This document shows, piece after piece, positions 17,542 to 25,692 of a stretch of DNA of 30,242 nucleotides. The translations under genes and the position numbers were made by a program. Origin of the DNA: Candidatus Micrarchaeia archaeon (GTDB lineage: Archaea; Micrarchaeota; Micrarchaeia; Micrarchaeales; CABMGC01). The notes under the pieces are model-generated. The model did no database searches. It was given only the letters and a program-made list of their open reading frames with translations, and was not told where the DNA came from. How positions within the stretch are numbered: the first letter of the stretch is position 1; every line of letters begins with the position of its first letter. The stretch is from the NCBI GenBank assembly GCA_049966395.1, contig JBMFUT010000004.1:1-30242 (forward strand), read 5' to 3'.

Positions 17542-18825
17542 ATGAAGCCGCAATTTCAATCCGTGCTTACTTTAACACTTTCAAGGGGAAAAGGGATAGG
17601 AGGCTCTTTGAAGCAGAGCGCGGATTCTTTTGTAGTTAAGGAAATTGCAAAAAATGGTATTGCCATGTCTCCTGGGGTGCGCTATTCCGCTGCAGACCTT
17701 GGAGAAGTGGAAAGCAATGATGGCAAGTTCGTTAAGTTTGTTCTTCAGAAAAAAAATTGGGACTCGATACACGCGCTTCAAGAGATAGCTAAGAGGATTC
17801 ACAGGGGCGTGCGCTCCGTCGGGTATGCCGGAATGAAGGACAAGATTGCTACTACAGTGCAGCTGGCGAGCGTTTTCGGAGCCAAAGCAGCGGAGGTTTC
17901 TAGGGTAAACATAAAGGACATATCGATAAACGGTGCATGGCAGTCTTCAACAGGGGTTGAAATGGGGGACCTTGAGGGCAACGCCTTTGAGGTGACTATA
18001 GAAGGGGTGGATGCGAACAGCGACGCGATAGATGGCGTATATGCAGAGCTTTCAGGGATTGCGCCTAACTACTTTGACAGGCAAAGATTCGGCATAAGAC
18101 TCAACAACCACATCGTTGGAATGCACATAGTCAAAGGGGAATTCGAAGCTGCCGCGCTGGAGTTTCTCACCGGCACATCCAACGAGACAAACGAGGCTGC
18201 GCTAGAAGCCAGAAGGAGGCTTGCTGAAGAAGGAGATTTCAAAAAGGCGCTAGATTACTTTCCGGCGTATCTCAGGTATGAAAGGGCAATGCTCGCTCAT
18301 CTTTCAATAAACCCTGGTGATTTTGCAAATGCCATAAGAAGGCTGCCTAGGGGAATTTCACTGCTTTTCGTGCACGCGCTTGAAAGTTATATATTCAACA
18401 GGGCTTTGGAAAAGAGAATAGAGTCAATGGACATCAACGCGGAAGGCGGGCTTTCTTGCAACGCCGATGCGCAGGGCTTCCCTGACATTTCAAGCACTGG
18501 GGTAGGACACGAGGGGAAGTTCGCGGTTGGAAATATCGTCGGCTACGATACAAAAGAGGCGTATATGAGCTCGTATGAGAAAGAGGCGCTTGAAGAGATA
18601 GGGATATCTAAGGATGAATTCAAGATAAAATCTATGCCGGAGCTCAGCATGAAGGGCGCATTCAGGGTCTTTTTTTCACCATTTAAGGATTTCAGCTACA
18701 GCATAAGCGAAAATGCAGTAAAGATGAAATTTTCCCTGCCTGCGGGATCCTACGCTACGGTGCTTGCAAACGAGTTCATGAAGAACTCCTGCCTTAGTTT
18801 GGATCCTGCTACTGCGCGTTCTTGA
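17542..18825 (+). CDS. truD: tRNA pseudouridine(13) synthase TruD
   Basis: SFVVKEI, GYAGMKDK..T.Q, GDLEGNAF, PNYFDRQRFG, FSLPAGSYAT. Start moved to ATG 17542. Confidence 0.95.
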   Translation: MKPQFQSVLTLTLSRGKGIGGSLKQSADSFVVKEIAKNGIAMSPGVRYSAADLGEVESNDGKFVKFVLQKKNWDSIHALQEIAKRIHRGVRSVGYAGMKDKIATTVQLASVFGAKAAEVSRVNIKDISINGAWQSSTGVEMGDLEGNAFEVTIEGVDANSDAIDGVYAELSGIAPNYFDRQRFGIRLNNHIVGMHIVKGEFEAAALEFLTGTSNETNEAALEARRRLAEEGDFKKALDYFPAYLRYERAMLAHLSINPGDFANAIRRLPRGISLLFVHALESYIFNRALEKRIESMDINAEGGLSCNADAQGFPDISSTGVGHEGKFAVGNIVGYDTKEAYMSSYEKEALEEIGISKDEFKIKSMPELSMKGAFRVFFSPFKDFSYSISENAVKMKFSLPAGSYATVLANEFMKNSCLSLDPATARS

Positions 18826-20272
18826 AAGCGGCTATTACGTTCAGCATGTCCTCCTTGACGGCGCTTTCGCTTCTGTTCCCGCTGAGCATTGAGGAGCGTA
18901 TCGCTGCGTTAACTTCTAGGAGTGCCCTTGATGCCATGAGCGCGTAAACCTGTTCTGCAATCCAGAACTTGTCAGCAGCATCTAGCATTTGGAGCACTTT
19001 GTTTTCTGTCTTCTTTGTAGAGTGCCTAAAGTGGCGCATTGCCTTCGCTATCTCTGAGATGCTTGATTCCTCTTTCTTTATCATTTTTGATGCAGAGTCA
19101 AGCGTAACTGCCGCTTCAAGTCTGCCAATTTCGCCTGGCTTTGCTTCGTTGACAAACCTTGCTATGTCCCTTATGTCACGGTTTATCATGCTCACTGCAG
19201 TCTTCAAATCATATTCTTTTATATATCCTTCCCACCTGCTAAGCTCAGAGTCTATGAAATGCTTCACATCTGCAGATACCGTTCTTTTGCTGTTAAAGGA
19301 TTCTAGCTCGCTGAGCAAACCGCTAAGGAATTTCGTATTTATGCTAGAATTCTTTGCAAATTCATTTATGTTCTTTAGGTCATCATATATGCCGCCCAAG
19401 ACCATAGAAAGCGCTTTGCTTATTTCCTGCTCTGAATATTCTTTATTTGCAGTTTTCTTGCTGCGCAATATAGTAGCTTTTTCAGAGAGGGCTGTCATGT
19501 CGTTTATGTAGTTGCTGAATTCAAGCGAGCCCATTATCTCTTTTACTACAACGCCCTGCCCGCTGACAGTGTATGGCGTTGGGGCAATATTCTGATTATT
19601 TTGAACTTGCAGGTTATTTTGAGGGGTATCCTCCTGCTTGTTCTGTACCGGTTTGCCGATGACATATGCAGCGTCTTCTTTTTTGTTTCCGCTGTTTGCA
19701 TCGTTTTCTTCTTTAGTGGTGCCCATTGCCGCAATTGACACTCCAAGGTCGCCGTAGCTCAAGAGCATTTTTTTGAGCATTGCCGCCCTTTCCTTGAAAC
19801 TATCGAATTCATAAAGGTCGTAATGCTTTGGCGATCCATTCTTGGTGTGATTTTCTAGGTACTTGCTGTGGAGCTCCTTGAGCGCAGCAGACTCTTCCGC
19901 ACTGCCTTCCTGCGCCCTGATATAATGGTGCACCTTTGGACCCATGCTCTCAATTTGAACCTTCTCCACATCCCTGCCCAGCCTGTTTGCAGCCTCAGCA
20001 ACGGCTTCATTTAGGTCGAACAAAGCAGCATTAAGCGCGTCTACGCCCTTGCCGGTGACACCTTCCTCCTGGAGCGTCTTTCCAAAAGAGAACCAGCCGA
20101 CTACTTCAGAATTAATCTGCCTTATCTCCTGCTCGCTGGAATTCTTATCTAGTTTCGACACCTTGTCTTTAAGCTCCTCTATACGCTGGGCGACCAGCGT
20201 TTTTGCTTCTGGATTTGCTTTTACTTCTATAGTATTTACCGTGTCTAGCGTTTTTACAGTCATAGTAATCAA
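18809..20272 (-). CDS. Hypothetical alpha-helical protein with a central N/Q-rich linker
   Basis: 487-aa ORF with an AT-rich promoter upstream; no TM segment or recognisable motif. Confidence 0.75.
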   Translation of the reverse strand: MITMTVKTLDTVNTIEVKANPEAKTLVAQRIEELKDKVSKLDKNSSEQEIRQINSEVVGWFSFGKTLQEEGVTGKGVDALNAALFDLNEAVAEAANRLGRDVEKVQIESMGPKVHHYIRAQEGSAEESAALKELHSKYLENHTKNGSPKHYDLYEFDSFKERAAMLKKMLLSYGDLGVSIAAMGTTKEENDANSGNKKEDAAYVIGKPVQNKQEDTPQNNLQVQNNQNIAPTPYTVSGQGVVVKEIMGSLEFSNYINDMTALSEKATILRSKKTANKEYSEQEISKALSMVLGGIYDDLKNINEFAKNSSINTKFLSGLLSELESFNSKRTVSADVKHFIDSELSRWEGYIKEYDLKTAVSMINRDIRDIARFVNEAKPGEIGRLEAAVTLDSASKMIKKEESSISEIAKAMRHFRHSTKKTENKVLQMLDAADKFWIAEQVYALMASRALLEVNAAIRSSMLSGNRSESAVKEDMLNVIAAFKNAQ

Positions 20273-20412
20273 ATATCTTTGATGTTTTTATGATATTTAA
20301 ATATTATGCTTTGGGGTGGCATCTAGCAATGGTATGCTGGATTTCCATTTTTATGATAAATTCTTGCAGAATATTGTGAAACGCCGGCTCTAGAGTTTGC
20401 AAAAAATAAGTA

Positions 20413-20525
20413 TGGCGCCGGAGCTGGGATTTTCATGCGCATTTTGAACCCAGAATGCCAAAAGGCAACCAGATCTCGAGTTTCGCCAAAGCTACTGGCG
20501 CGTTACCTGGTTCTGCCACTCCGGC
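20413..20525 (-). tRNA. tRNA-Ser(CGA) with two 13-nt non-canonical introns (30/31 and 59/60), CCA encoded
   Basis: GCCGGAG/CTCCGGC-G-CCA acceptor and long variable arm TGCC-TTTT-GGCA. Removing 20482-20494 gives CCAGA-CTCGAGA-TCTGG. Removing 20430-20442 gives CTGGG-TTCAAAT-CCCAG. Confidence 0.93.
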
Positions 20526-20562
20526 CCATTGATAGTATTGCATTATAGAATTTTATATATTG

Positions 20563-21993
20563 CTAATGCATGCATGTGAAGTTGTTCGGCAAGTATATAG
20601 CAAAGTCTGGGTTTGCGTATACCTCTCTTGAATCATTGATGTTCAGTATTATTCCCTGAGGACCTATGCTGCTGAATGATAATATTGGATAACGCATTTC
20701 AGTCGCATTTTCGTAGAAGGGCATGTAGGCGTGTACGCCGAGATAGCGCATGTAAGGCCACGCGTTTGTTATCACTCTGCAGTTGCCATAGCCCAGCGAG
20801 GCCAGCTCGGCCTTGGCGTTGGAATACAGGGAATTGCTGTAATAGGGATTGTAGTAATAAGAAGAGGAATACATGCTGGCGCTATAGTACCACCACACTG
20901 CATAAGAGAGTACCGCTATCGCGATCGCGCCAATTACTATGCCAATACTAATAGAGTGAATCTTGGGTCTTTTGCCTGCTTTCTGTTGCATTAGGGTAAT
21001 GGCGTATGCCGCGCCGATCTCGGCTGCGAGCGCAAGTATGTAGCCGAACCTCGACTGTACAAAGACGTCATATCTGCCGCCAGTGAAAACAAACTCTATT
21101 ATTGCAAGGCCGAGCACAGAGAGCACCAGGATGCCTGTTTCGTCTAGCCTTAAAGCTGATCTGGCAAATGCCAATTTCCCGCCAAAGGCAAAAAGATACA
21201 TTCCGATGGCAACGGCAAAGAGCGCGGCAGGATAGCAGAGCACGTTAAATAGCGCCTCGGGAAGGAATCCCGTGTGCTTTATACCGCTGCCTATCGCGGT
21301 AGAAAACGACTGGAGGTAGCTCATCAGCGGGTTGCCGAACATGGCATAATTGAAGGCCAGCCACGGAAGCACTACCAGGATGGCAAGCAGCGCAGCATAA
21401 GCTATCTTCTTTGGCTTGCCAAGGAGCAGAAGAAGTGGAAGAAACATAATCATAGGGTACTTGGCAAGAGTGGCAATGCCGAGCAGCGCGCCTGCATACA
21501 CGCTCTTTTTGGCAACCAGGGAAATACCAAGCAGCAAGAATATCATTGAAAGAACTTCGGTGCTGTTGAATATGAAGGTGTAGTACATAGTGTATGGGTT
21601 GAAAACAATTGCAAAAAGCACCAGCATGTCGATTTTTATGCTCTTGGATGCATACCAAACGGCGGCTGCAAGCGCAGCAAAGAGCAGTGCCAAATAAGGC
21701 GTTATTGGATCCTGTTCGAAAGGAATCATCAGCATCATGACGAATGCGCTGAGCGGCGCCCTGAAATTCTCGTAATATGAGCTGTCTGATTGGGTGGTTA
21801 TGTAGGTTATTATCTCGTTCCTATTTGAGGCAATGCTGCCGATAGAGGAAAAGAGGGTCTTGGCGTTTAGGTAGTGCACTATCAGATCCCAAGAAGGGCC
21901 ATTTATGGCGTATATTAAGTACAAGAGCAAAGCGGCGAGCAGCAGTATAGCGGCAATTTCGGCTATTCCAATTCTAGCGTATACTGTTGCCAT
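20563..21993 (-). CDS. GT-C-fold membrane glycosyltransferase (PMT/ArnT-like)
   Basis: Multiple TM helices; SWD in the first loop, FRAPL, STE, LAKYP; soluble C-terminal domain. Confidence 0.75.
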   Translation of the reverse strand: MATVYARIGIAEIAAILLLAALLLYLIYAINGPSWDLIVHYLNAKTLFSSIGSIASNRNEIITYITTQSDSSYYENFRAPLSAFVMMLMIPFEQDPITPYLALLFAALAAAVWYASKSIKIDMLVLFAIVFNPYTMYYTFIFNSTEVLSMIFLLLGISLVAKKSVYAGALLGIATLAKYPMIMFLPLLLLLGKPKKIAYAALLAILVVLPWLAFNYAMFGNPLMSYLQSFSTAIGSGIKHTGFLPEALFNVLCYPAALFAVAIGMYLFAFGGKLAFARSALRLDETGILVLSVLGLAIIEFVFTGGRYDVFVQSRFGYILALAAEIGAAYAITLMQQKAGKRPKIHSISIGIVIGAIAIAVLSYAVWWYYSASMYSSSYYYNPYYSNSLYSNAKAELASLGYGNCRVITNAWPYMRYLGVHAYMPFYENATEMRYPILSFSSIGPQGIILNINDSREVYANPDFAIYLPNNFTCMH

Positions 21994-22146
21994 AGGTTAA
22001 CAATGAGAATAAAAGCCTTAAAAATGTTGCATGCGTAATCTTTAGCGGCTTAAGAAGTGATGGCGCGTGACAGCATTTTGGCATTTTGCCATAAAAGCAT
22101 AACAATTTTAAAATTGACAGTATTATGTTTTATCACTGGTGGTGTT

Positions 22147-23670
22147 TTGCAAAAGGAACGCATTGCAAGGCTGCTTATATTTGCACTTGTGATACTGGTT
22201 GACATTGCAAGCCTTGCGTTTTCGGTATACCTGATAAGCGTGGCTTCCGGATTATACACTATGGTAATAGCCGCGCTGTTTTTTGGACTGTCGCTGCTCG
22301 CCGCAACGTTCAACACCATAGCTGCCACATGGTATTACAACTCGCTTTTCTACAAAGTTAAGTTCAAGGAAATGCTAAAGGCAAAAAAAATTACGCACTA
22401 TCCTACAGTGGCTATAGCTGTGCCTACTTACAATGAGGATCCAAAGCTTGTTGAAAACACGCTGAGCAGGCTTCTCAAGATAGACTATCCGAAAAGCAAG
22501 TTTAGGGTTTACCTGGCCGATGATTCGACTAACAGCGAAACTGTTTCAGAGCTAATACGCTTCTCGAAAGCGAATGGGATAAACTACGTGCACAGGAGCA
22601 ATAGGGAGGGCTTCAAGGCTGGGGCCCTTAACAACCTTATGAAGTACTCCAATGAAGAGTTTGTGGCAATATTCGATGCTGATGAATACCTTGTTAACAA
22701 AAGATTCCTTATAGAGCTGCTGCCGTATTTCGACAACCCCGAAGTAGGGTATGTCCAAACTGACAAGCACTATGCTAAAGGGAGCCTTTTTGCAAACTCG
22801 ATAGACTTGCTTAACAGCTTCTTTTTCAGGTTTGTGCAGCCTTCAAGGGCATTCCACAACACGTCAACGTTTGCTGGGTCTTGCGGGATAGTGAGGCGCA
22901 GCGTAATAGATGCAGTTGGGGGCTTCCCGGGAGTGGTCCTTGAGGACACTTTCTTCTCGCTTGCCGTGAAGCTCAACAATTTCAAGGGGCTTTACATACC
23001 AAAGACATACGCCTTCGGGAGGCCTATGGAGCACTTTACAGCATTCGCAAGGCAGCAGTGGCGCTACAACTATGGGGGCACGGAATTTCTAGCTTATTAC
23101 CTTAAGAACGCGCGCAAGGAGAAGCTTGGTATAAAGGAGCACATGGACTACATAACTCACGGCTTCGGCCTGAATTACCTTTCTGTTGTTGTGGTGCTTT
23201 TCACAATATTGTCTATGCTGATAGCATTCTCAAATTTTCCATTTGAGCATACCAGGTTAGCAATGCTGCTAAATCCTGAATATACCAAACTTTACCTAGA
23301 AATCCTGGTGTCGCTGGCTACTGTGATATCGTTCATAGGCCCTATACTTATAACAAGGGCATACTTCAAGTCTTTCAAGGCAGGTATAATGGTTTTCCTG
23401 CTCAACTTTGCAGTTACCTTTATAAGGGCAAAGGCAGCCATCGCTGCTGTTTTGAAGCTTAACCCCAAGTGGATTAAGGCGGGCAACAATGCAAAGAACA
23501 GCATCATTGGCGCTCTGAGGAATTCGGTCACAGAAGTGGCCTTTTCATCTATGCTTTTTGGCCTGGCTTTTGTAGCCCTTTTGCAGAGCAATATATCAGG
23601 AGGCGTTTGGCTGATGTGGTTTGGCGCACTTTATATTTCGACGCTTTTCTTCTTCTACAAATACGGCTAG
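22147..23670 (+). CDS. Membrane GT2 glycosyltransferase, cellulose synthase (BcsA/CesA)-like
   Basis: PTYNE, DDS, FKAGALN, FDAD, VLED and QQWRY (QxxRW-like), with N- and C-terminal TMs. TTG at 22147 after GGTGGTG is the likely start. Confidence 0.88.
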   Translation: MQKERIARLLIFALVILVDIASLAFSVYLISVASGLYTMVIAALFFGLSLLAATFNTIAATWYYNSLFYKVKFKEMLKAKKITHYPTVAIAVPTYNEDPKLVENTLSRLLKIDYPKSKFRVYLADDSTNSETVSELIRFSKANGINYVHRSNREGFKAGALNNLMKYSNEEFVAIFDADEYLVNKRFLIELLPYFDNPEVGYVQTDKHYAKGSLFANSIDLLNSFFFRFVQPSRAFHNTSTFAGSCGIVRRSVIDAVGGFPGVVLEDTFFSLAVKLNNFKGLYIPKTYAFGRPMEHFTAFARQQWRYNYGGTEFLAYYLKNARKEKLGIKEHMDYITHGFGLNYLSVVVVLFTILSMLIAFSNFPFEHTRLAMLLNPEYTKLYLEILVSLATVISFIGPILITRAYFKSFKAGIMVFLLNFAVTFIRAKAAIAAVLKLNPKWIKAGNNAKNSIIGALRNSVTEVAFSSMLFGLAFVALLQSNISGGVWLMWFGALYISTLFFFYKYG

Positions 23671-23678
23671 GCGCTGCA

Positions 23679-23987
23679 ATGATATATTTCAAAAAATACG
23701 ATACGGAAAGCGGCCAACTAGTTGCCATTTGCGACGAAGAGCTCATAGGCAAAAAGTTCAAGGAAGGAAACATAAGGCTTGACCTTGACACTTATGCCTC
23801 GTTTTACAAAGGAGAGCTGATAAAAGAGGAATCCGCAGAGGCGCTCATAGACAGGGACGCTCTCTACTCAGCAAATGTTGTGGGCAAAAGGGCTGTAAGC
23901 GTGCTGCTAAAGAAGGGCATAGCAGACAAGAAAGACGTAAAAGAAATAGAAGGAGTGCCTTTCGTGCAAATATTCACTTTAGATTAG
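23679..23987 (+). CDS. DUF424 family protein
   Basis: LVAICDEELIGKKFKEG..FYKG..SANVVGKRAV..IEGVP; start at ATG 23679. Confidence 0.88.
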   Translation: MIYFKKYDTESGQLVAICDEELIGKKFKEGNIRLDLDTYASFYKGELIKEESAEALIDRDALYSANVVGKRAVSVLLKKGIADKKDVKEIEGVPFVQIFTLD

Positions 23988-23996
23988 GATCTTGCG

Positions 23997-24347
23997 CTAT
24001 TTCTTGTCTTTGTTAAGCCTAATTATTGCCTCTGCTATGTTGCCGTTGGTTTCCTCGAGCGCCTTTCTTATCACTTCTGAATCTGCTATTCCTGTCTGCT
24101 CCCTGACCAATTCTATGTCGTCGTCTGTTATCTCTATCTTAAGTTCCTTCGGCTTCTCCTGGACACTGCCCATTATCTGAAATATGCGCATCCCGTTTTG
24201 CTCCATAACTATTATCTGTGGCGAGCTTATTATTATGTCCCTGTCGGTGCCCTCTATAGTGACTCTCAAAGCGTTTATCTCCTCGCTTTTTATGCCCATG
24301 CTGTCAAGTATGGATTTTATCGTCCTAGGATCAAGGTTAGGTATCAT
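23997..24347 (-). CDS. nac: Nascent polypeptide-associated complex protein
   Basis: MIPNLDPR..MGI..EEINA.RV.IE, and UBA-like DDIELVREQTG..RKALEETNGNIAEAI; start at ATG 24347. Confidence 0.92.
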   Translation of the reverse strand: MIPNLDPRTIKSILDSMGIKSEEINALRVTIEGTDRDIIISSPQIIVMEQNGMRIFQIMGSVQEKPKELKIEITDDDIELVREQTGIADSEVIRKALEETNGNIAEAIIRLNKDKK

Positions 24348-24559
24348 TAAATCGCTATAAGTATAATGAGTAAAAAATAAATGCTTGCCTGTTGCGTAGC
24401 TTGCAGGAAGTTGGCGTCTATCTATGTAAATGCGCACAGGTTCAATATTTAGGTATGCTCAGACTTTATAGAGAATAGCTGAATTGCTGGACTTAGATGG
24501 CATATATGTGCATTATGCCGAGCTTATAGATTTATAGAACAATCATTTTTGTGGATTAA

Positions 24560-25099
24560 ATGCACCATAAAAAGATTAGGGGAAAGGACAAGTATGTATT
24601 CAAAGGCTATAGCCCTATTTATAGGCAGGCATTCAAGAAAGAAAGGATTAGGCTTTACGCTGGGCTTGGGCGCGAAAACGTAGCTATAGAGCATGTAGGT
24701 AGCACTGCGGTTCCTGGGCTCGGCGGGAAAAACATACTGGATATTATCGTAGGTCTAAAGAAAGGCAAAAGGCTAGCGGTAAAAATGAAAATCCAGAAAT
24801 TAGGCTACGATTTCGTAGGCACGGCTGGTTCAAGAAGGAGATTGTTTTTTGTGAGGGACAGCACGTATATGCATAAGAGCATAAGGACACATTTGCATCT
24901 TGTAAAATTCGGCGGCGAAGAATGGCGGCAAAAAATTGCATTTAGAGACTATCTAATTGGGCATAGAGATGCAGTTTTGGAATATGAAAATGTGAAGAAG
25001 ATCGCGGTAAAAGAAGCCAAGGGCAACAAAGAGAAGTACCTGAAGGCAAAGGAGAAATTTATAAATAGCATTACCAAGAAAGCCATTAAAAAATTCTAA
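24560..25099 (+). CDS. GrpB/UPF0157 nucleotidyltransferase-fold protein
   Basis: IEHVGSTAVPGLGGKNILDI, HLH, IAFRDYL, Y..AKEKFI. Confidence 0.9.
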   Translation: MHHKKIRGKDKYVFKGYSPIYRQAFKKERIRLYAGLGRENVAIEHVGSTAVPGLGGKNILDIIVGLKKGKRLAVKMKIQKLGYDFVGTAGSRRRLFFVRDSTYMHKSIRTHLHLVKFGGEEWRQKIAFRDYLIGHRDAVLEYENVKKIAVKEAKGNKEKYLKAKEKFINSITKKAIKKF

Positions 25100-25227
25100 T
25101 ACTGCTTCGCAACGCTTGAAAAAGCAGCATTGCCACGTTCAAAAAACGATAGCGAGGATGCTATATCAAGAGACGGCTTTTCACAGGAAAAAGGCAGCAA
25201 GCAAGCAAATGCCTCGATTTCTTGATA

Positions 25228-25248
25228 AAACTTCTTTCCAAGAAGTTT
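25228..25248 (-). terminator. AT-rich hairpin immediately 3' of tRNA-Ala
   Basis: AAACTTCT-TTCCA-AGAAGTTT perfect 8-bp stem, 2 nt past the discriminator base. Confidence 0.4.
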
Positions 25249-25250
25249 AG

Positions 25251-25322
25251 TGGACTCTGCGGGAGTCGAACCCGCAACCTCCCGCTTGCAAAGCGGACGC
25301 TCTGCCGTTGAGCCAAGAGCCC
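25251..25322 (-). tRNA. tRNA-Ala(TGC)
   Basis: GGGCTCT/AGAGTCC-A acceptor with G3:U70; TCCGC-TTTGCAA-GCGGG anticodon arm; GCGGG-TTCGACT-CCCGC T arm. Confidence 0.97.
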
Positions 25323-25492
25323 ACGAGATAATAATTGGCAACACTGTATTTTATATTTTACTTTTAGCCATATGACAGCCGCCCTTTGTGGCAACGTCAT
25401 GCAGGCTTGGATAAGCGCGCCCAAGTAAGTATTAAATAGTTTTCTGTATAAATCAAAAGCAGTGTTTTATACTAAACACAAAGGTGTTTTGT

Positions 25493-25588
25493 ATGCCAGA
25501 AGATGCAGACCTTGACGACGAGGAAGATGACGAAGACGACTTCTCTGACGACGAGGAAGATACAGAAGACTACGACGACGAGGAGTAA
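25493..25588 (+). CDS. 31-aa extremely acidic microprotein MPEDADLDDEEDDEDDFSDDEEDTEDYDDEE
   Basis: ATG...TAA; AGGTG SD at 25482-25486; TATA-like boxes at 25432 and 25447; T-rich tract downstream; strong GAN codon bias. Confidence 0.75.
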   Translation: MPEDADLDDEEDDEDDFSDDEEDTEDYDDEE

Positions 25589-25692
25589 TCGCAATGGAAG
25601 AAAAGTAGTTTTTGTTTCTTTTATTTGATTACAATTTTATTGCTTGCGCCGTTTGCTTGGTTTATGCATATGTAAATCCTGACTATTTGATT

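Noticed and set aside
25096..25424. Two minus-strand ORFs (82 and 87 aa)
   Set aside because: They run through tRNA-Ala and its promoter, so they are spurious.
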